64,000 nucleotides of DNA, taken from the NCBI GenBank assembly GCA_027452205.1, contig DAIDGV010000015.1, positions 11,111-75,110 of the forward strand. The letters are read 5' to 3'. Below the pieces are notes generated by a model. That model was not told the origin of the DNA and made no database searches. It worked only from the letters and a program-made list of their open reading frames with translations. Shown here piece after piece: positions 1 through 8,842 of the stretch; positions within the stretch are counted from its first letter, which is position 1; each line of letters starts with the position of its first letter. The position numbers and the translations under genes were made by a program. Origin of the DNA: a candidate division FCPU426 bacterium. Lineage in GTDB: Bacteria; Oederibacteriota; Muellerivitia; Muellerivitales; Muellerivitaceae.

Positions 1-1188
1 TTTTTTTTGACCAACCGGTTGGACACGGTCATTCGAGTTATCGGCATACCAAGCGTAATCCTTCAATTGCCCCGGATCCTCCCCAAAAAAATAACTCGTG
101 TCCGTGCCGCCTCGGGCCGCTTTTTCCCATTCCGCTTCGGTCGGCAGTCGTTTTCCAGCCCAGCGGCAGTAAGCATCCGCATCACCCCATTTGATGTTGA
201 TCACGGGATTCTTTCCCCTGCCCCAGCCGTTATCCTGCGCTGGATCACGGCCTGTGGCTTCACAGAACTTATCATATTGGTCAAAGGTGACCAGATATTT
301 ATCCATGTAAAAAGCGCTCACCCAAACCTTGTGTTGGGGATGTTCATCCGAATTGCCTTTGCCCGATGGCGAACCCATCATGAAATCACCTGCCGGGATC
401 AATGCCATTTGGGAAAGATCTGTATCTTTATCTTTCTTTTGGTCAGGCGTTTCCGCTGGCATAGGTTTGTTGGCCTCCTTATCGACTGGTTCAGGCGATG
501 GTGTCTCTTTGACCACATCATCCGGGTTTGCGGACGATGCCGACGGGCTTGAAGCCGAAGAAAACGAAGGCAATTGGATGACCTTGATCCCCTGGGAATT
601 AGCGGGCATTTGCAAAACGATGATATTGCTTCCCGAAGGCAAGGGTATCATTTGCACCCCCGAGGAAGCCGAGACTTCCTGGACAACTTTTAGTCCGCTA
701 TTGGCTCCTTGTTGAATAAATTCCAGACCTTTGCCGCCAGGCATTTCTTCAATAAAGGTCAAACCCGACTGGGAACTCGGCAGTTTTTGTAAGGTTTTCA
801 AGCCCGAAGAAGGTGCGGGTATCTGCGTTTGCAACTGCGGTTTTCCCATAGGCGGAGGCGGTGATTGGACCAGCTTCAATCCCGAAGCGGTCACAAGAGA
901 CCCATCTGACGGCTTTACGGACGGCGACCCCATTTCCGCAGGCGGAGCACCTCGCGGAATCCTTTGCTCATTTGACGAATTGAACTCGGATCCAGCCCGA
1001 TTGGATGACCAGTTCAACTTGGGTCCACAAGAGCGGAAGAACAACCAGACAAGCCCAACGATCAAAATCAGGATAATGAACGAACGACCGGGGCGCTTTT
1101 TGTTCTTTTTCTGGAAGTTATAACTGCATTGATAACAAAAATGAGCGTCGCGACGGTTCTCGGTTTGGCATCGAGGGCAATAGATCAA
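1..1188 (-). CDS. Zn-ribbon / single-TM / SUMF1-EgtB-PvdO (FGE-sulfatase) family domain protein; 3' end lies beyond window start; start probably TTG near 1186-1188
   Basis: Manual minus-strand translation is stop-free from ~1305 down to position 1. The N-terminus is LIYCPRCQTENRRDAHFCYQCSYNF (double CxxC zinc ribbon), followed by the hydrophobic helix FIILILIVGLVWLFF and then a Ser/Pro-rich linker. The FGE-type domain follows: MALIPAGDFMMGSP...HPQHKVWVSAFYMDKYLVTFDQYDKFCEATG...RLPTEAEWEKAARGG. It is missing from the ORF track because it runs off the edge. There is no ATG upstream; TTG at 1186-1188 is the candidate start. Confidence 0.6.
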   Translation of the reverse strand, partial: MIYCPRCQTENRRDAHFCYQCSYNFQKKNKKRPGRSFIILILIVGLVWLFFRSCGPKLNWSSNRAGSEFNSSNEQRIPRGAPPAEMGSPSVKPSDGSLVTASGLKLVQSPPPPMGKPQLQTQIPAPSSGLKTLQKLPSSQSGLTFIEEMPGGKGLEFIQQGANSGLKVVQEVSASSGVQMIPLPSGSNIIVLQMPANSQGIKVIQLPSFSSASSPSASSANPDDVVKETPSPEPVDKEANKPMPAETPDQKKDKDTDLSQMALIPAGDFMMGSPSGKGNSDEHPQHKVWVSAFYMDKYLVTFDQYDKFCEATGRDPAQDNGWGRGKNPVINIKWGDADAYCRWAGKRLPTEAEWEKAARGGTDTSYFFGEDPGQLKDYAWYADNSNDRVQPVGQKK

Positions 1189-1370
1189 GCCATTAACCTT
1201 TGGACAGGGGTGGAGAGGACTTACTGGATCGAACGAAACCCTGATCAGGAGGCTCAAAACAAGGTAAACCTTTAAATCCAGGACCCAATTATAAAAACCC
1301 CTTATTTATTATCAACCTCTATCCACCAAGACCGAGATAACCCTATCTTCGGTCATCGGTTCAGTCCAAA

Positions 1371-1410
1371 TCAAAAAGGCCCGGCTCCCCAAGGAGTCGG
1401 GCCTTTTTTG
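1371..1410. terminator. bidirectional rho-independent terminator downstream of pilT
   Basis: AAAAAGGCCCGGCTCC-ccaa-GGAGTCGGGCCTTTTTTG: an 11-bp GC stem with an A-run 5' and a T-run 3', lying immediately after the pilT stop on the minus strand. Confidence 0.6.
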
Positions 1411-1419
1411 CAGACTAGC

Positions 1420-2535
1420 TCAGTCAAAGGGTGATTTTTGCTTTTCACGTAGGGCCGCCAGCTTCACGGCCGCCTCTTCTTGGTCTACTAAAGGTTGGAA
1501 CTTCTTCTTTTCATTGGACTTCATATAGGCTTCGTGAGCGGTGATCTTGCCCTCTTCATAGAAATTCATCAGGCACTGATCCATGGTCTGCATCCCCTGC
1601 TTGGCGCCCAACTCGATAAGTGAATTAAGACCGGACACCTTACCGGTTCTTATCAAGTTGGGAAGGCTTTTGTTATAGGTCAAAACCTCGATAGCGGCAC
1701 AACGACCCTTCCCGTCCTTGGTCGGACAAAGCTGTTGGGCCACGATGCCCTTGGTGCTGGAAGCCAGGGCCCCGCGGGCCTTTTCCCGTTCATCCGAAGG
1801 GAAAACATTAATGACGCGGTCAATGGTCTTGGCGGCGGAATTGGTGTGCAGGGTCCCAAAGACCAGAATGCCCATTTCCGCGGCGGCAATGGCCAAGGAG
1901 ATGGTTTCATAATCGCGCATTTCACCGACCAGGATGATATCCGGGTCTTGGCGCATGGAAGAACGCAGCGCCGCCTTGAACGAATGGGTGTCCCGATGCA
2001 CTTCCCGCTGGGTTATCTTGCACTTTTTGACCGGATGAACGAATTCGATCGGGTCCTCGATGGTTAGGATGTTCCCTTCCCGGTTATCATTGATCTCGTC
2101 GATCATGGCCGCCAAGGTCGTGGATTTACCCGAGCCAGTGGGGCCGGTAACGAGGATCAATCCCCGCTTTACTTTACAAAGTTCCCGGACCACCGGTGGC
2201 ATCCCTAGCTGTTCAAGGGTCAGGATCTTGGTCGGAATGGTACGGAAAACCGCGGCAATACCTTGTTGGTTGAAAAAGACATTGCAACGGAAACGGGCAA
2301 CCCCCGGCACCTCATAGGCATAGTCGTAATCATGCCTTTGCCAGCACAACTGCCATTGTTCCGGGCTCATGGTTTCATACAACAGCCCTTGCAGCATTTC
2401 TTCCGTTAGGACCCAGTCTGCCAGGGGCACCAATTCCCCTTTGGCACGCAAAAGAGGTTGATTACCTACCGTTAAATGCATATCGGAGGCTTTGCGTTCC
2501 ACCATCGTGCGGAAGAGGTCGTCAATGGCCGCCAT
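1420..2535 (-). CDS. pilT: type IV pilus twitching-motility (retraction) ATPase PilT
   Basis: Walker A GPTGSGKSTT, TIEDPIEF, and a GEMRD...TLHT signature typical of PilT/PilU secretion-family ATPases. 371 aa. Confidence 0.85.
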   Translation of the reverse strand: MAAIDDLFRTMVERKASDMHLTVGNQPLLRAKGELVPLADWVLTEEMLQGLLYETMSPEQWQLCWQRHDYDYAYEVPGVARFRCNVFFNQQGIAAVFRTIPTKILTLEQLGMPPVVRELCKVKRGLILVTGPTGSGKSTTLAAMIDEINDNREGNILTIEDPIEFVHPVKKCKITQREVHRDTHSFKAALRSSMRQDPDIILVGEMRDYETISLAIAAAEMGILVFGTLHTNSAAKTIDRVINVFPSDEREKARGALASSTKGIVAQQLCPTKDGKGRCAAIEVLTYNKSLPNLIRTGKVSGLNSLIELGAKQGMQTMDQCLMNFYEEGKITAHEAYMKSNEKKKFQPLVDQEEAAVKLAALREKQKSPFD

Positions 2536-3569
2536 TAGCTTTCCTCCGCCAAAATTTCATCCGCTTGGACCTGGGTGATCTTTTTGGCCGCCACCAGTTC
2601 TTTGAGGGCAGTTTCCATGGTCTGCATGCCGATCGCGCCGCCAGTGGAGATCATTGAGGGTATCTTGAAATAATCCCCTTCCCGGATCACATTGGCCATG
2701 GCCAGGGTGTTCACCAATATTTCAAAGGCCGGGACCATCGCAGTTCCTTCGGAATTGATGAGAAGACGCTGAGAAACAATACCCACTAAGCTTTCCGAAA
2801 GACTGGCCACCGCTTGGGATTGCTCCGATGCCGGGAACAGATTGACCACCCGGGAGATAGTCGCCGCCGCCGACCCCGTGTGCAAGGTGCCGATGACCAA
2901 GTGGCCCGTTTCTGCCGCGGTCAGGGCCAGACTCATGGTCTCATAATCGCGCATTTCCCCCACCATAATGATGTCCGGGTCCTCGCGCAAAGCGCTTCGC
3001 AAGGCCGAAGCGAAGGTTTCCGTATGCGGGCCCACGCTGCGTTGGTTGACCAGTGATTTTTTTCGTTTGTGGAGGAACTCGATCGGATCCTCGATGGTGA
3101 TGATATGTTCTTCGCTTTCATCATTCATATAATCGACCAGTGCCGCGCAGGTGGTTGACTTGCCCGACCGTCCCGGGCCCGTGATGAGGATCAGTCCTTG
3201 ATTGGCGTCGGAGAATCTTTTTAGGATGGGTGGCAATCCCATCTCGTCGATGGACATCACCCTGGAACTAAAATGACGGAAAACCGCGTCCAGGCCCTTC
3301 CGCTGGCGGTAAATGTTCACACGGAAGCGTTCCCCATTTTCCATGGCATAGGCCGTATCCAGTTCCCAATCCTGGGCCAGTTTGGCCTTCATGTTATCGT
3401 CGAGTATCTCCATGATGAGCTTGTCGCATTCGGTCGCGGAAAGGGGTTGGGGTGTAATGGGTTGCAAACGGCCCAATTGACGCACGAAAACCGGCGCTTC
3501 GGAAGCGATGTGAAGGTCCGAACCCTTACGGGAAATACAAGCTTGGAGGTATTTATCGATCTGGGCCAT
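2535..3569 (-). CDS. pilU: second PilT/PilU-family retraction ATPase (PilU-like paralogue)
   Basis: GPGRSGKSTT, TIEDPIEF and GEMRDYETM..TGHLV..TLHT motifs. It overlaps the pilT start by 1 nt, indicating translational coupling. Confidence 0.75.
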   Translation of the reverse strand: MAQIDKYLQACISRKGSDLHIASEAPVFVRQLGRLQPITPQPLSATECDKLIMEILDDNMKAKLAQDWELDTAYAMENGERFRVNIYRQRKGLDAVFRHFSSRVMSIDEMGLPPILKRFSDANQGLILITGPGRSGKSTTCAALVDYMNDESEEHIITIEDPIEFLHKRKKSLVNQRSVGPHTETFASALRSALREDPDIIMVGEMRDYETMSLALTAAETGHLVIGTLHTGSAAATISRVVNLFPASEQSQAVASLSESLVGIVSQRLLINSEGTAMVPAFEILVNTLAMANVIREGDYFKIPSMISTGGAIGMQTMETALKELVAAKKITQVQADEILAEES

Positions 3570-3673
3570 GGCTCTTTCGAACCGCCGAAGGATGAAGTGA
3601 ACTTAGGAAGGATTATAAAGTAAAAAGGCCGGCAACACTGGAGAATTTGTCGTTTTAGTACCGGAATAGATGA

Positions 3674-4060
3674 TCAGCGCTTGGGGCCCTTTTTGCGCAT
3701 GCTCTCAAACACCTGCTTCATGATAACGTCTTGGACCTCTTTGTCCATATCTACGAATGAGATCCGGTCATAGTGGTGGGTAATACCGTTGATGACCACG
3801 TCCTCACCGCCGACCACTTTGCCAATAACATAGGCTGGCATTCCGTCCGGCAACTCGATCTCCATGTCCAACTTGGAATCGAGTGGGCTATGTTTGCTGA
3901 CGCTGAACTTGAGACCACCTACCGATATATCCCGGCTGCGGCCAACATTGAAATTGCTGCGGAAGATGGAATCGTTCCTGAAGTTGCGGTATTTAACAGG
4001 AACCGTCAGTTCTACGCGGACAAAACGGCGTTTTTCCTGCCTCTTCGGTTGTTCTTCCAT
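3674..4060 (-). CDS. PilZ-domain c-di-GMP-binding protein
   Basis: Canonical PilZ motifs are present: RRFVR (RxxxR) near the N-terminus and DISVGG (DxSxxG). The gene lies 104 bp upstream of, and co-directional with, pilU-pilT. Confidence 0.8.
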   Translation of the reverse strand: MEEQPKRQEKRRFVRVELTVPVKYRNFRNDSIFRSNFNVGRSRDISVGGLKFSVSKHSPLDSKLDMEIELPDGMPAYVIGKVVGGEDVVINGITHHYDRISFVDMDKEVQDVIMKQVFESMRKKGPKR

Positions 4061-4165
4061 GACATTTCCTTATTCATACAACGCTGCGACCATTTAACTG
4101 ACATTTTACAAAATACAGCCTAGTTCGGCCACTTATATGGGCAAATAAGATAAAGGCAAGCGTTG

Positions 4166-5998
4166 TTACTGACCTTTGAATTCGACCGTACGGCTATTTC
4201 CATAATCGCTGACAAAAACGTTGGGCGGAACGGCATTATCCACCGCGATACCAATGGGCACATTGGCATTGAATGAGAAAGAACTGATGTTCGAGGAAGG
4301 ACTTGCACCCCACTCCGCCACATAGGACGGCGATGTTAGGTTGGAAATGTTCCACTCAACCACGCTGAACGAAGAGGACATATTAGCGATAAAAAGCTTT
4401 CCATTTCCGTTCAAAGCGATGCCCGAGGGCGAGACAAACAAGTTGCCCGAATTAAGCTTGTCATAACTCCAAGAGCCCAGCGTGCTACCCGTGCTGTTGA
4501 ACAAAGAAACCTTGTTCGCACTTGTATCCGCGACATAAAGATAGGTCACACCGCCCGACAAAGTAACAGCGATGCCATAGGCCGTGCAACCCGCTGTTGT
4601 TAACAGACCAGCCCCTGGCACAGAGTATGATCCACCCACAAACCCCATGACGTTATCAGTACAGACCGTTGTTCCCACAATATCGGTACCAAACACATCA
4701 TTGCTACTGTCCGAGGCCATGCCATAGGGAAAAATCCAATCCCCACTTGGAGCATAAGAAGAATAATACGAGGGCGAATTGTAACCTGATGGATAAGCAC
4801 TCGCGGAACTCCCGATATAGGCACTACCAGGCACACCACTGCTAGGAAAAGCCAAGACCAACCCCGGTGTCGGAAAGGACTTAACGATCGTGGCCCCGCC
4901 ATTCATCACCGCCAAACCACCCCCAAAAGAATAACTTGGTGTAGAAGCTATGAGTTCTAACCCAGCCGTGGCCACCGGCGATGGAGTCGGACTCATATTG
5001 AAACCTTCGATCCAGCTATTCGTGGCATTGTTGTAATTCGTGTAAAGGATCGTCGCCGCACCGTTCGCAGGACCCGAGACCGCCAAACCGCTTGAAGGGG
5101 TCGCATTCGGAAGGACAAAGATGGACAGAACATTGCTAGCCAAGTCCGCCGTGGTCTGTTCATAAGCGCAGTAAGACAAAGTTGTGTTCACCCGGAAAGT
5201 GAAACTGGGCCCTGTAGTGGAACCATTCCCCACGCTGGTTACCTGTAGCCAGGCATATCCCACTCCATGGAGCTTGCAGCAATAAACATCGTTCAAGGCC
5301 AAGGGATAACTGCTTGCCGAAGCACCACTTCCGGTCAAGACAAAGGATTTCGAGGTGCTGGAATTGATCTCAAAATTGTTCGTCGGTGGCACCGTCAAAT
5401 AGTTGGCCATCACCCCCGTGCCCATGTAAGCGATTCCCACAACGCCGCTGGCGTTCGCTAATTGATAACCCTGCGCACCCATATAGAGGCATTCAATATC
5501 ATTGCTTGCGGCGGTCGAGCTGACAGTATTGGTCTCAAAGTTGTAATAATTATTCTGGGGCAAGGCAGTCACTTCATAACAACCTTTATTCAAAGGTCCC
5601 AACTCCATGGAAAGAACGCCGGAATTAAGCGGTGCCGCAGCCACGGCCAAGGCCTGTCCACTGCTGGTATCGGCTATTTCCACGGAAATGGTTTGATAGG
5701 TCACATGGCTTCCCAAGCTGACGGGAAAGCTGAACGTTCCACTGACACCGGAGGCTGAAAGCGGCCCATAGCTGCCCGTTACCGAGGTGCCCGCGCCGCT
5801 GACGTTGTAATAGATCGTGTTTTGAGAAGCGCCCACGAACTGCACGCCTGAGTGATTATTGGAAGAAAGCTGGACATTCAAGACCCCCGACCCTGCGGGA
5901 GCGCTTGGTTGGGTTCCTTTACCGCATCCCCAAAAGAGGATCGCCGGGGTCACTGTCAGAAAAAACACTGCCAAAACCAATTTGGTCTTCATAGGCAC
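4166..5998 (-). CDS. NHL-repeat lipoprotein, Ser/Gly/Thr-rich
   Basis: Signal peptide with Cys lipobox (AILFWGC). The C-terminal half carries NHL-like repeats (YLYVADTSANKVSLFNSTG, IGIAVD...VFVSDYGNSRTVEF). Low-complexity S/G/T composition. Confidence 0.55.
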   Translation of the reverse strand: MPMKTKLVLAVFFLTVTPAILFWGCGKGTQPSAPAGSGVLNVQLSSNNHSGVQFVGASQNTIYYNVSGAGTSVTGSYGPLSASGVSGTFSFPVSLGSHVTYQTISVEIADTSSGQALAVAAAPLNSGVLSMELGPLNKGCYEVTALPQNNYYNFETNTVSSTAASNDIECLYMGAQGYQLANASGVVGIAYMGTGVMANYLTVPPTNNFEINSSTSKSFVLTGSGASASSYPLALNDVYCCKLHGVGYAWLQVTSVGNGSTTGPSFTFRVNTTLSYCAYEQTTADLASNVLSIFVLPNATPSSGLAVSGPANGAATILYTNYNNATNSWIEGFNMSPTPSPVATAGLELIASTPSYSFGGGLAVMNGGATIVKSFPTPGLVLAFPSSGVPGSAYIGSSASAYPSGYNSPSYYSSYAPSGDWIFPYGMASDSSNDVFGTDIVGTTVCTDNVMGFVGGSYSVPGAGLLTTAGCTAYGIAVTLSGGVTYLYVADTSANKVSLFNSTGSTLGSWSYDKLNSGNLFVSPSGIALNGNGKLFIANMSSSFSVVEWNISNLTSPSYVAEWGASPSSNISSFSFNANVPIGIAVDNAVPPNVFVSDYGNSRTVEFKGQ

Positions 5999-6139
5999 CT
6001 TGGAGAAATGGTCTGTAGAACGTTCGAAGGCAATTCTATCGCTCCTCTATTCCCCGTCAATGAGAAAGGCCCACGGAAAACCCCGGGAAGGAAAGGATTT
6101 ACCCGCCTTTTACCTGTTTTGAGGTCTTATCTAGATTCT

Positions 6140-8176
6140 TTATTTCAAAACCGGGAAGGCGGTGATCCTCAGGCGTGTCGATCCATAAGGTACCAACGTC
6201 AGCTTTTCCAACGGAGCCATGCTTTGGACCGGGCTTTGAGGCGGGGGAGCCGCAGCGCCTTGGGATGCCTGCCAATCCTGTAGCAATTTTCCTTGGACTG
6301 ACACCTGCAAAGGTTCATTCCCAGGTTCGAAAGGATTCCCTTTCAAGGATTTTTGGGTCAATTGCAGGGATCTTTTCAAATTTCCAGTATCAATGGATAA
6401 GGCATAGTTCCAAGGACTTTCGGGGCCCGCCGACAGATCGTATTTTTTCTGTCCTTTTGGCTCGTAAGGAAAGGGTTCGAAATTCATCCAACGGGTCTTG
6501 ATACCTAAGCTATAGATCAGCGGTCCCCTTTCGATACTGATCGAATCCTGATACCACTTTCGAACATGAAAAGACATCGGCAGTCGAAGGGTCACCGTTT
6601 GCGTATCGTTCCATTGACGGTTCAGTTTGTAAAAGGTACCCGGGGCCAAGGACCCCTGACTGGCTTCCGGCAGTTTTATAGAAGCGTCTTTCGTCCACTC
6701 CGGTATCCGGAAATAGATGGGAAAGGTCACAGCCCGTTGGGTCGTTATCCGAAAGGTGATCGTATCGTCGAAAGGATAATCGGTCACTTCCTCGATCTTG
6801 ACCGGCACTCCACTTACCCGGGTCTCCACCACATTAGGCGCGTAAACCACCGCCGCCAATCCTCCATCGGGCGAGGCCATCCATAAGTGGGATGTCAGTT
6901 TGGGCCAGCCCTGGTGCATATTCGCGGTACAGCATCCGTAGTGAGGCTCCAGTCCGAAAAGATTGCCGCCGCTAGAAACCGTGGCGTAAATGGGGTGGTC
7001 AATAAAAGCACTGATCACCTGGTTGGATTGTTCCACATACTGATGCTGCCAATAATCCGGGGTGCAAGCGGCAGGCAAGGAGTTGTAGGCTACTTTTTCT
7101 AGTCGATCCGCATAGCGCACATCCCCGGTAATGGAAAGGTCGTTTTCTAACGAGAACATCATTTCAACAATGGCGCAAAGTTCCGTACCCTGGGATGGAT
7201 TCACCCCCGCCAAACATTCATCGCCGCTGAAAAGTTCATTCGGCTCGCCATGGTAACGATCCAATTGTTCAATGGCCCGCCAAGCTAGTTTTTTATACCT
7301 TTCATCCCCCGTCAGCCGATAAAGCAAGGCGGGCACTTTCAGACCCATGGCATTGTTCACCACATGCCCACCCCAGGTCCAACCTTCCGATTTGTGCTTG
7401 ACCGGCAGGTCCCAAAAGTGATGGGTCCAGTCATAGCCTTGATTGGCGGCCTTTACCGCCGCGTCCAACAGCCAAGGTTCCTTGGTATGGTCATAAAGCC
7501 AATAAAGGGTCATCACATAATCGCCCCAGCGGAAATAATTCCATGAGAACAAATGACGTTGATCCAATTGAACATCGATGTTGCGGGCGGACCGTTCCAT
7601 CGCCGGCAAGACCCTCGGGTCTTGGGTGGCTTCCTGATATTGGGCGAGCACTTTGAGGATGATGAATTCGGGCCAGGGATCCCGTGGCGCGTTGGGGGGC
7701 GCGTGGGTTCCGGTCGCTGGCTGCCCGACCTGGGGCCCTAACCACCCATCGGCCGTTTGGTGGGCCAAGATATAATCGACCCAGCGTTTCACTTTAGCTT
7801 TCAGTTTGGCGTCATCGATCAGGTAAGCCATAGGCACCAAACCGTCCAACCAATAAGGCGCCCTTTCCCATCCCTCCGCCTTACCGCCGATCCAACCGCT
7901 ATCCTTCACGTCAGGCCAAAATTCATCCAAGTGTCCGGTCAACCCGGAGGCTTGAAGTCTCAACTGTCCCAAAAGCCAGCCTTGCGGCTTCACCTCCCCC
8001 AAAGGCAGGGTGGAAAAAGCGGGTGGCACCAAGCTTTCCAACCGAGAGTCTTTGCCCGGCATCCCTTCGTAATGATCATAAAGCCACCATCCCAACGTCC
8101 CGAACAGGACCAGGGCAAAGACCGACAGGAACCAAAACCATTTTGGTTTATGGGAGGGCGGGGGATTTTCAACCAT
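6140..8176 (-). CDS. glycoside hydrolase family 127 / DUF1680 (beta-L-arabinofuranosidase-like) protein with N-terminal TM anchor
   Basis: 678 aa. An adjacent Cys pair HYGCCTANMHQGW and an upstream TELCA motif resemble the Zn/Cys catalytic signature of GH127. N-terminal hydrophobic helix WFWFLSVFALVLFGTLGWWL. Confidence 0.55.
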   Translation of the reverse strand: MVENPPPSHKPKWFWFLSVFALVLFGTLGWWLYDHYEGMPGKDSRLESLVPPAFSTLPLGEVKPQGWLLGQLRLQASGLTGHLDEFWPDVKDSGWIGGKAEGWERAPYWLDGLVPMAYLIDDAKLKAKVKRWVDYILAHQTADGWLGPQVGQPATGTHAPPNAPRDPWPEFIILKVLAQYQEATQDPRVLPAMERSARNIDVQLDQRHLFSWNYFRWGDYVMTLYWLYDHTKEPWLLDAAVKAANQGYDWTHHFWDLPVKHKSEGWTWGGHVVNNAMGLKVPALLYRLTGDERYKKLAWRAIEQLDRYHGEPNELFSGDECLAGVNPSQGTELCAIVEMMFSLENDLSITGDVRYADRLEKVAYNSLPAACTPDYWQHQYVEQSNQVISAFIDHPIYATVSSGGNLFGLEPHYGCCTANMHQGWPKLTSHLWMASPDGGLAAVVYAPNVVETRVSGVPVKIEEVTDYPFDDTITFRITTQRAVTFPIYFRIPEWTKDASIKLPEASQGSLAPGTFYKLNRQWNDTQTVTLRLPMSFHVRKWYQDSISIERGPLIYSLGIKTRWMNFEPFPYEPKGQKKYDLSAGPESPWNYALSIDTGNLKRSLQLTQKSLKGNPFEPGNEPLQVSVQGKLLQDWQASQGAAAPPPQSPVQSMAPLEKLTLVPYGSTRLRITAFPVLK

Positions 8177-8254
8177 GTCGAGAGGACCTCAAACCGTTAT
8201 GGAAAGCGCACCATTAAAGCACTTTTGAGGCACATCCGGGTAGGGGCTCCAATA

Positions 8255-8293
8255 AAAAACCCCTGGAGTCCTGTGGGCACCAAGGGTTTTTGT
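8255..8293. terminator. orphan terminator-like hairpin in divergent intergenic region
   Basis: AAAAAACCCCTGG...CCAAGGGTTTTTGTGTT: a 9-bp stem (one mismatch) flanked by an A-run and a T-run. No ORF ends nearby on either strand. Confidence 0.3.
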
Positions 8294-8537
8294 GTTCAGC
8301 TTCACATCTATTCAATTGTCCCTACTTTTAGACTCCTCAACTGAATAATAAGCCCAAACAACTCTTCAGCCTCATCACAACTTTGAAAAGCGACCCTTTT
8401 CTGGTTGCCGGACCCATGCCGGCTAACGCCCTGTGTGGCGCCGTCTGAAGGATCCCCCTCTTCATATCAAGATAGACAGCGGGCTCTATTTTGTTTATGA
8501 CCATGGTCAGGATTCAGCAATTTTTTATCGGGGTCTT

Positions 8538-8765
8538 ATGAGCGAATACGTCTGTCTTCAGTGTGGAAAAGAATTGGAATACGATTGGGCCCCTTGCCCG
8601 AACTGCGGGTGGAAACCGCCCGAACCTTGGGAAATCACCCAAGAAGACGAAGAGTTTTACGAAGAAAAGATCACTCTCGATAAACCCCGGCCCTGGGTCC
8701 AAATAACCACCTGGCTCCTTTTAGCACTTGGTCTTTTAGGGTTGATCCTCTTTTTGGCCCGGTAA
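8538..8765 (+). CDS. small zinc-ribbon protein with C-terminal TM anchor (ORF track gives 8433 as start)
   Basis: CLQCG...CPNCG zinc ribbon, an acidic linker, and the C-terminal helix WLLLALGLLGLILFLA. ATG at 8538. Confidence 0.35.
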   Translation: MSEYVCLQCGKELEYDWAPCPNCGWKPPEPWEITQEDEEFYEEKITLDKPRPWVQITTWLLLALGLLGLILFLAR

Positions 8766-8842
8766 GAAGAACAAAACCCGGTTATAATGCGTGCCATCTC
8801 TTAGCTTTTTGGCCTCAAATCCCTATTTATAGGTCGGCTAAA

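Noticed and set aside
7-1123. Three plus-strand ORFs at the window start (7-552, 329-715, 731-1123)
   Set aside because: The minus strand is continuously open here and encodes a recognisable FGE-sulfatase domain protein. The plus-strand ORFs are its antisense shadows.
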